Source: a bacterium
Lineage (GTDB): Bacteria; Patescibacteriota; Patescibacteriia; S139-126
DNA: 64,000 nt
Assembly (NCBI GenBank): GCA_030666865.1
Contig: DAOUWZ010000003.1
Span: forward strand, 19,873 to 83,872
Reading direction: 5' to 3'
Part shown: in pieces, positions 58,383 through 64,000 of the stretch
Layout of the letters: every line of letters begins with the position of its first letter
Numbering within the stretch: position 1 is the stretch's first letter
Program-made: the position numbers and the translations under genes
The notes under the pieces: generated by a model
The model's database searches: none
Seen by the model: only the letters and a program-made list of their open reading frames with translations
Told to the model about the DNA's origin: nothing

Positions 58383-58943
58383 TTAATTTTTAGCTGTTAT
58401 CTTCTTGCTAAAATATTTATGATAAATTTCTCCAAGCATATCGTGAAATCCCCAACCCATATCACTTGTACCAGATACTATTTTTTGGAAACGAAGTAAA
58501 TAATCATTTTCAATTTTACTATCAATTACAAATTTAGCTGCTAATTCATACATATTTTCCATACTATTATAAAACGGCTCATCAATATCTCCGTACTCCA
58601 AAGTGAAATCAACTCCCATCTCAACATAATAAATCATTAAATCAGCAATGAAATGTGAATTGTCGCATAGCTTTTTAAAATCACTAACTGCTCTACGAGC
58701 CACAGATAATCGCATTTTACCCAATCCTCTATCTGGAAAAAATTCGTTTTTGATAATTTTCTTATACTTGTCACGTAAATCTAAACCACCACCTTCTACT
58801 AATTTAGATTGATAAAATTCTTTAACTTTGGGGAATTTTTTAAACAATTCAATAACATCATCCGACAGGGTTTGTTTGGATGAATTTTGTAGATACTTCT
58901 TTAATTGCGAAATCGATATTGATGTCATAATTTTCTTTTCCAA
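58383..58943 (-). CDS. hypothetical protein (operon member C)
   Basis: 186-aa ORF, 5 bp upstream of the PrimPol-helicase gene. No known motif. Confidence 0.35.
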   Translation of the reverse strand: MEKKIMTSISISQLKKYLQNSSKQTLSDDVIELFKKFPKVKEFYQSKLVEGGGLDLRDKYKKIIKNEFFPDRGLGKMRLSVARRAVSDFKKLCDNSHFIADLMIYYVEMGVDFTLEYGDIDEPFYNSMENMYELAAKFVIDSKIENDYLLRFQKIVSGTSDMGWGFHDMLGEIYHKYFSKKITAKN

Positions 58944-59179
58944 AAATCATATTCATTTTTTCTAAAAGTCGCTTCGTCCAAATCACAAACTTTGTGCTTA
59001 TTCCTCATAACTTGAATAAAATCTTTATGAGTAATGAGAAAGTCCTTATGACCTTTTATAATTTCCTGCATTTTTTGATAACACTTCTTCTGCTTATCTA
59101 AATCATCATAACATTTACGGGTGCAAATGTTGCCATAAAACCAATTTAAAGCGTGTTGGGATTTTACTTTGTGCGGCAT
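58925..59179 (-). CDS. hypothetical small basic protein with four Cys (possible zinc ribbon; operon member B)
   Basis: 84-aa ORF overlapping both neighbours. C19, C23, C33, C65. Confidence 0.3.
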   Translation of the reverse strand: MPHKVKSQHALNWFYGNICTRKCYDDLDKQKKCYQKMQEIIKGHKDFLITHKDFIQVMRNKHKVCDLDEATFRKNEYDFWKRKL

Positions 59180-59661
59180 ATCTTTATCGAGTTTGAACTA
59201 CTTTTTTGAATCTTTATCCTTATTTTATATTTAGGTTTAAAAGCCTCTTTTTTTGATGGTTTTTGTCTTTTTATTTCTTGCTCTGCTAACTTTCTCATTT
59301 CATCTTCATTTTTTTGGAAAATATCTCTCATCCATTTAATCCAATCTTTTCCATTCTGGACTTCTTCTAATTTTTTTATGGAAGTTGATCCAAAAATAAA
59401 TTTTCTTTTATCAGTATCCTCCGTTGCTTGAAAAAACCAAGTGAGGTTTTGAATATCTTCCTCTTCGAACTTGTCAGTCATTTTATTTAGCTTTTCTAAC
59501 TCAAGACGAGTCCTTGTAAGTTTTATAAGTTTTTTTGTTTCGCCTTTTTCAATTTGAGTGGTTGGATTATTGGGATCTGTATATAAGTATAATAATCGTC
59601 TATCATGCAAAGTGCTTGCTAACCCCCTGCTTTGTTCAATCTGTTCTTTTGTAAATTCCAT
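59164..59661 (-). CDS. hypothetical protein (operon member A)
   Basis: 165-aa ORF. First gene of the minus-strand operon. Confidence 0.35.
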   Translation of the reverse strand: MEFTKEQIEQSRGLASTLHDRRLLYLYTDPNNPTTQIEKGETKKLIKLTRTRLELEKLNKMTDKFEEEDIQNLTWFFQATEDTDKRKFIFGSTSIKKLEEVQNGKDWIKWMRDIFQKNEDEMRKLAEQEIKRQKPSKKEAFKPKYKIRIKIQKSSSNSIKICRTK

Positions 59662-59663
59662 TA

Positions 59664-59879
59664 TTGGGAGTTATTACTGCCGGCCAGCCGATTGAAGCAA
59701 TAGAAATTCCAGAAACTGTTTCTGTCCCCAAAGAATTTGCTCGTGAGCCGGGCCAACACTACGGCCTTAAGGTTAAAGGTGACAGTATGGAAGATGACGG
59801 TATATTTGATGGCGATACTGTCGTAATTAAAAATCAGCCAGATGTAGAAAATGATGGCTATTATATTCAAAGTCTGTAG
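59664..59879 (+). pseudogene. LexA/CI-type S24 peptidase fragment (hinge with Ala-Gly cleavage site plus Ser region; catalytic Lys region missing)
   Basis: ITAGQPIEAIEIP ... LKVKGDSMEDDGIFDGDTVVIK corresponds to LexA VAAGEP...GMSMKDIGIxDGDLLAV. Ends prematurely. No N-terminal DNA-binding domain upstream. Confidence 0.6.
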
Positions 59880-59888
59880 AAATAAATT

Positions 59889-59983
59889 TTGCTCCTAGTT
59901 GCTCCTAAAGATAAACATGGTGAATACTGGGTAAATCTGTCTTAAAATAAGCTATTTTTTGCTTTGCTCCTAGTTGCTCCTAA
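59889..59983. repeat. Two copies of TTGCTCCTAGTTGCTCCTAA (59889-59908 and 59964-59983), each an internal tandem of TTGCTCCTA
   Basis: Direct reading. Located in the convergent intergenic region between the lexA-C fragment and the AlbA_2/HATPase gene. Confidence 0.75.
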
Positions 59984-59989
59984 CAATAT

Positions 59990-61417
59990 CTAAAAATTTG
60001 GTTCATAATGTGTCGATCTTGACTCACCAACACTATGCAATAACCTCATATCCTGCATTTTTTTAAAATCGTAATTTATTGTCTTTCTAGATACATTTTT
60101 AAATAAATCCTCGCATTCTTTGGCTTTTATGGTTTTATTTTCAACTAAATATTCCCAAATTTTTACTTGTCTTTCATTTAGTTTGCTTAATTTTTTTCCC
60201 ATTAAAATAACCTTGAAACTATTTGAAGTATTTTTAAATATTGGTGGTAGTAAATTCCATTTTTGCATTTCATTAAAGACAATATCAATGCCTCGTCCGT
60301 ATTCTTCTAAATAATCAAGTTCTTTCAAGCGAGCCGCTATTATTTCATTTCGACTGACTTGAGCATCCTTAATGTTTTCTATCGTAACTCCAGGCGGCAG
60401 ACAACCAGCATTAAAAACTTCTATTCTGTCTTCAAATATATTTACCTGAGTGTAAGTTTCAGTGATTTTATAATCTCTATGAATAATGGCATTAGCTACC
60501 ACTTCTCTGATTGCCTTTTTGGGATACTCATATTTTTCAACTCTTTTTGTGCCAACTATTTCTGCGCTTTTCCTAATATTTCTTAAAACAAATTTATGCA
60601 TATCGTCAATTTGATTATCCAGAGTGCCATCAATATCCATGCTATCAATAATATCAGTGGCTACATTTGATCCCTGATATTTTACACACCTTATAACATA
60701 TCTACTAAACTGCTGTTTGTTTTGTGGTTTTTCTTTAGCAAAGGTTAAAAAACCAGCAAGAGTTGGCTTTTGTGCCCCGTTAAAATTATCTGCTATTCCT
60801 AAATTCTTTAATAGTTCAAAATCAATTTCATCCAGTGAACTTTTTCTCCGGGTTCTTTTCCCGCTTTTTGTTAAAAGCTCTAAAATTTTTTCTTTTGACA
60901 AATCATCAAGCGATGTTTCTTCTGCAGCAGTAATATCGAATTTAAATTTTTTAGAATTATCAATTAAATTTCTCATCTCATCATCAGTCATTTTTCTATC
61001 AGTATTACCATCTCTTATGTATGCGCCATTTGGTATACCTGCCGGCTTATAATAACAGGGTTTAAACTGATCGGGACATTCTGGTATGAAAACAGCTAAT
61101 ATCGTTTTTTCTTCAATTTCCAATATGTGATAAGTCGGTCTGATAATAAAGCTCATTTCGTTATTAACCAAATCACCAAGTTTTTCCTGTAGATTATCCA
61201 ACATGTCTGTCCCAGTTACTTCTATTTCATGCTTCTCTTTATCTTCTAGTATTCCGAATACGATAATCCCACCACCAGGTCTGTGCGAAAATGCAGATAT
61301 TGATTTCCATGTACTTTTTGGCAAGCCACCACGAGCATCCTTAAACTCAATGCTGTTTGTTTCTGTCTTGTGCCTGATTGCTTCTTCGATTAATTTTTGA
61401 ATTTCTTGTTTGTCCAT
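59990..61417 (-). CDS. AlbA_2 (Schlafen-like 'divergent AAA') + HATPase_c_4 + C-terminal wHTH putative transcriptional regulator
   Basis: N-terminal ETNSIEFKDARGGLPKSTWKSISAFSH...GGIIVFGI. C-terminal HTH. 475 aa is typical for this family. Confidence 0.6.
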   Translation of the reverse strand: MDKQEIQKLIEEAIRHKTETNSIEFKDARGGLPKSTWKSISAFSHRPGGGIIVFGILEDKEKHEIEVTGTDMLDNLQEKLGDLVNNEMSFIIRPTYHILEIEEKTILAVFIPECPDQFKPCYYKPAGIPNGAYIRDGNTDRKMTDDEMRNLIDNSKKFKFDITAAEETSLDDLSKEKILELLTKSGKRTRRKSSLDEIDFELLKNLGIADNFNGAQKPTLAGFLTFAKEKPQNKQQFSRYVIRCVKYQGSNVATDIIDSMDIDGTLDNQIDDMHKFVLRNIRKSAEIVGTKRVEKYEYPKKAIREVVANAIIHRDYKITETYTQVNIFEDRIEVFNAGCLPPGVTIENIKDAQVSRNEIIAARLKELDYLEEYGRGIDIVFNEMQKWNLLPPIFKNTSNSFKVILMGKKLSKLNERQVKIWEYLVENKTIKAKECEDLFKNVSRKTINYDFKKMQDMRLLHSVGESRSTHYEPNF

Positions 61418-61506
61418 ATTTGAGCTTACTTTTTACTTTTATTTTCGTAATATTTTTGGTATACTATAAATATAACATTTGCAAACGAAAATATCAAGAT
61501 AAACTT

Positions 61507-61743
61507 ATGAGAGACAAGCTACCATTAACAAAAAGACAAAAAGAAATCATGGATTTTATCAGTGTTTTTATTGGCAAAAATGGTTACGCGCCGACTATTA
61601 AGGAAATGCAAAAAAGATTTCGTTTATCTTCTACTTCAACAGTTCATCAACATATCCGAGCATTGGTCGATAAGGGTTATATAAAAAAATTTGCTAATTT
61701 AGCCAGAGCTATTGAATTAGTAAAAATAAATAAATTGAGTTAA
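61507..61743 (+). CDS. LexA-type N-terminal winged-HTH DNA-binding domain only (79 aa), complementary to the S24 fragment at 59664
   Basis: MRDKLPLTKRQKEIMDFISVFIGKNGYAPTIKEMQKRFRLSSTSTVHQHIRALVDKGYIKK matches the LexA_DNA_bind pattern (LTxRQxEVxxxI...GxxPTxxEIAxxLGxxSxxxVxxHLxALxxKGxI). Stops exactly where the hinge would begin. The track ORF 61378 adds an implausible hydrophobic N-extension. Confidence 0.6.
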   Translation: MRDKLPLTKRQKEIMDFISVFIGKNGYAPTIKEMQKRFRLSSTSTVHQHIRALVDKGYIKKFANLARAIELVKINKLS

Positions 61744-62471
61744 AACAAGCTGAAGGTGAAAAGTTAGAGACACTTAATGATAAGGAAAATAATATTGATA
61801 AAATGGAGATGTTGACTAGCTTACTAGGTAATCCCGTTAGAGCTTACAATAAGGCAAATCATAATAATAAGAGAAAACTCGTGAATAGTATCATGAAGGA
61901 TATTAAAATTATAGACAACAAAATATTTTTTAAATGGAAAATTTCATTTTTAAAGTTAGTTTAGGTTTTATAGAATTGGAAGTATATGAATTATCATTAG
62001 TAGTATTATAATCTATTACCTTATTATACAAGCATTTTTTGTTGTATGGGTATTCTAAAATTTGTGATAATTAATTCTTTCCCATTTTGTCTTCTCGCTT
62101 CACTTAAAAAATAGGTCCAATTAAGTTCATAAATATTTGTCCATTTATACATATCTCTAATTTCTATTGAGTCCTCATAAGATAAAATAAAATTGAAATT
62201 AGTTTTTTGTAATATATGATTTAGATCATCATGATCTTTTATAGAAAATTCATTGTTATAGATTGATTTTGAAGCTTTGTAGTATGGTGGGTCTAAATAT
62301 AATAAAACTTTATTTTTGGATGGAGTTTTTATTATTTTTCTAAAATCTATGTGATTGAATAAAATTAAAATAATAAGAAAACAGCTCAGATAGTTTTTTA
62401 TTAAAGAATCAAGTTGACTAATTAGTAAGAATGTAGGAAATTTAGGGTATAAGTATTAGTTTTAATATTAT

Positions 62472-62972
62472 ATGGAAAAAGAAAAGATACAAAAGCAAAA
62501 TGTAGGTAATGCGGGCGAGTATTATATTGCTGCTAGATTATCTGCTCTTAATTTTACTGCTACGATTACACTTGGTAGAGCTGAAAAATATGACATATTG
62601 GCATTAAGCCCAAGTGGCAGGCTAGTTAAGATATCCGTTAAGGCAACACAAAAGATAAACGCAACTGGTTTCCCATTGTCAGTTAAAGACGAAGCTGGAT
62701 CAGCAGAGGATTTCTATTATGCATTCGTTAAACTTAATGATTTTAAGACAGAACCAGATTTGTGGATTATTCCAAGCAAGGTACTTTGCCCGCTAATAAA
62801 AGAAGCTCACAAGAAATGGCAAAACACTCCTGGCAGAAACAATAGACCGCACGGAGAATCTAATGTCAGGTGGTTACCTATTGTATTAAAAGGTAAAGAC
62901 AAACTATACTATCCGGCAGGATGGGAGGATGAAATAACTAAGTATTATAAGAATTTGGAGCAGTTGTTATAA
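62472..62972 (+). CDS. PD-(D/E)xK-like nuclease superfamily protein (putative)
   Basis: GNAGEYYIAARL ... YDILAL (D) ... LVKISVKAT (E/S-x-K) arrangement resembles restriction-endonuclease-like and Hjc-like folds. Confidence 0.4.
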   Translation: MEKEKIQKQNVGNAGEYYIAARLSALNFTATITLGRAEKYDILALSPSGRLVKISVKATQKINATGFPLSVKDEAGSAEDFYYAFVKLNDFKTEPDLWIIPSKVLCPLIKEAHKKWQNTPGRNNRPHGESNVRWLPIVLKGKDKLYYPAGWEDEITKYYKNLEQLL

Positions 62973-63019
62973 ATAAGAAAAATTACATTTTTTTTAAATA
63001 AATAATTGTTTTCCAACAC

Positions 63020-63050
63020 AAAAACCGCCGATCAAGGCGGATTTTGTTTT
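63020..63050 (+). terminator. Rho-independent terminator
   Basis: CCGCC-gatcaa-GGCGG hairpin followed by TTTTGTTTTT. Confidence 0.65.
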
Positions 63051-63225
63051 TATATTGTCTCCAAAATGGAGTTATAAATCGTACTGGATGGGGTGGTAAA
63101 TCGATATGACTGGCAAACTCTGGTTAAGGATATATTAGTTAATAATTTATAGAAATTTTTATTATTTAAAGCGTTTGACTTAATTATTTTATTAAATTAA
63201 GATATAGGTGTTTTAAATATATAAT

Positions 63226-64000
63226 TATGGAGCTGAAATTTAATTTTTTAGAAGATAAGCCACTAGAAGGTGATAAGTTAATTAATGCAAAATTTGGACA
63301 TAAAGAAGTAGCTAACTCACTTACAAGTATAATAAAAAAGTGTAAGACTCCTTTTTCAATAGCTCTTTGTGGAAGTTGGGGTTCAGGTAAAAGTAGTATT
63401 AGCAACCTAGTTAGAAATAAATTAGAGAGTGACAAAACTATTGGAACTGTATATTTTGATGTGTGGAAATATGAAGGTGATGCATTGCGTCGCTCTTTTT
63501 TAATTGAGACAATAAATCAGTTAAAAGAACAAAAATTTATAGATAATAGTTTTTCATTAGCAGATCGTTTACAGAATAGTGTCACTAGAAAATCTGAGGG
63601 AGGGTTAAAATTTAATAAACAACTTTTTAAAGATTTCAAAGGACCATTAATTTTAATCATTATTTGTCTATTGATTATTTTAGCGACATTTTATTTGTTT
63701 GGTTACCTGTATGAGCTTTGGTTAGTTTTGGCACCTTTTATTGGGATTGTAGGTGGAGCATCTTTGGTGCCATGGATAATTAAACTAATATCGAGTGTAT
63801 TTTCAACTGAAACAGTTACATTTGGCAGTGATAGATTTCAAGACCCACATGAATTTGAAGATGAATTTGGTAATTTATTAAATGAATATTCTGGCACGAG
63901 GTTGTTGGTAATATTTGATAACTTAGATAGGGTAGAGCATGACAAGGCATTAAAAGTATTATCTACTATCAAAACTTTTTTAGAACCTAAAGATATTGAA
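63226..64000 (+). CDS. KAP-family P-loop NTPase (3'-partial, runs off the window)
   Basis: Walker A LCGSWGSGKSS. TM helices inserted in the NTPase domain (LILIIICLLIILATFYLFGYLY, WLVLAPFIGIVGG). Walker B-like LLVIFDNLDR. Not in the ORF track because it has no stop within the window. Confidence 0.7.

Noticed and set aside
61378-61506. Hydrophobic N-terminal extension of track ORF 61378..61743
   Set aside because: The extension (MLLRLIFEFLVCPYLSLLFTFIFVIFLVYYKYNICKRKYQDKL) runs through a promoter-like AT-rich region containing TATACT and TATAAAT boxes. The conserved LexA domain starts at Met 61507.
63184-63435. Track ORF 63184..63435 (-)
   Set aside because: Antisense to the N-terminus of the KAP NTPase gene (Walker A region). 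Shadow ORF.
1-64000. Alternative genetic code (code 25/4, TGA sense)
   Set aside because: TGA terminates highly conserved proteins at their expected ends (HU, radical SAM, CDP-alcohol phosphatidyltransferase). The standard code 11 fits all conserved genes.
1-64000. CRISPR array or cas genes
   Set aside because: No regularly spaced direct repeats with unique spacers. The repeats found are short tandem or dispersed motifs and gene-end duplications.

Overview
This is an AT-rich (about 30% GC) bacterial chromosomal window that uses the standard genetic code: TGA and TAG both terminate well-conserved proteins. The tiny genes, many small hypothetical membrane and secreted proteins, and the presence of PilT, Elp3 and AmmeMemoRadiSam are reminiscent of a Patescibacteria/CPR-like lineage, but that is an inference.

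Positions 1 to about 53.4 kb are mostly core genome. On the plus strand they include a partial YmdB-like phosphoesterase, HU, tRNA-Arg(TCG) and tRNA-Lys(CTT) with a truncated tRNA copy, phosphomannomutase, murI, ftsK, a RodZ-like protein, recA, ddl and a DoxX protein. On the minus strand they include pilT, a UvrD/PcrA helicase, efp, the rpsF-ssb-rpsR operon, ychF, glyA, two Nudix hydrolases and an Elp3-like radical-SAM/GNAT protein with a divergent Trm9-like methyltransferase. The same stretch has a glycerate kinase / 2-hydroxyacid dehydrogenase pair. It also has an accessory surface-protein block: two paralogous secreted FN3-like/TSP3 proteins, a 1012-aa Cys-rich surface protein, a STAS protein, a sensor kinase with a standalone receiver, and holin-like and SPFH proteins. 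Finally it carries an AmmeMemoRadiSam pair (Memo-AMMECR1 fusion plus radical SAM).

From about 53.4 kb to the end the window is a mosaic mobile/defence-like island. A 108-bp duplication of the radical-SAM 3' end flanks a 2.08-kb insert that carries a MerR-HTH::RsbW-like GHKL kinase and a DUF4325/STAS partner, with 21-bp-spaced iteron-like repeats. About 650 bp of GC-rich, hairpin-rich non-coding DNA follows. Next comes a minus-strand operon of three unknown small proteins plus a PrimPol::SF2-helicase fusion. A lexA-like gene is split into circularly permuted N- and C-terminal halves around an AlbA_2/HATPase_c_4 regulator gene. A PD-(D/E)xK nuclease and a partial KAP P-loop NTPase close the window.

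The most novel candidates are the PrimPol-helicase operon with its adjacent structured non-coding region and regulators, and the HTH-fused partner-switch-like kinase/STAS pair inside the repeat-flanked insert.
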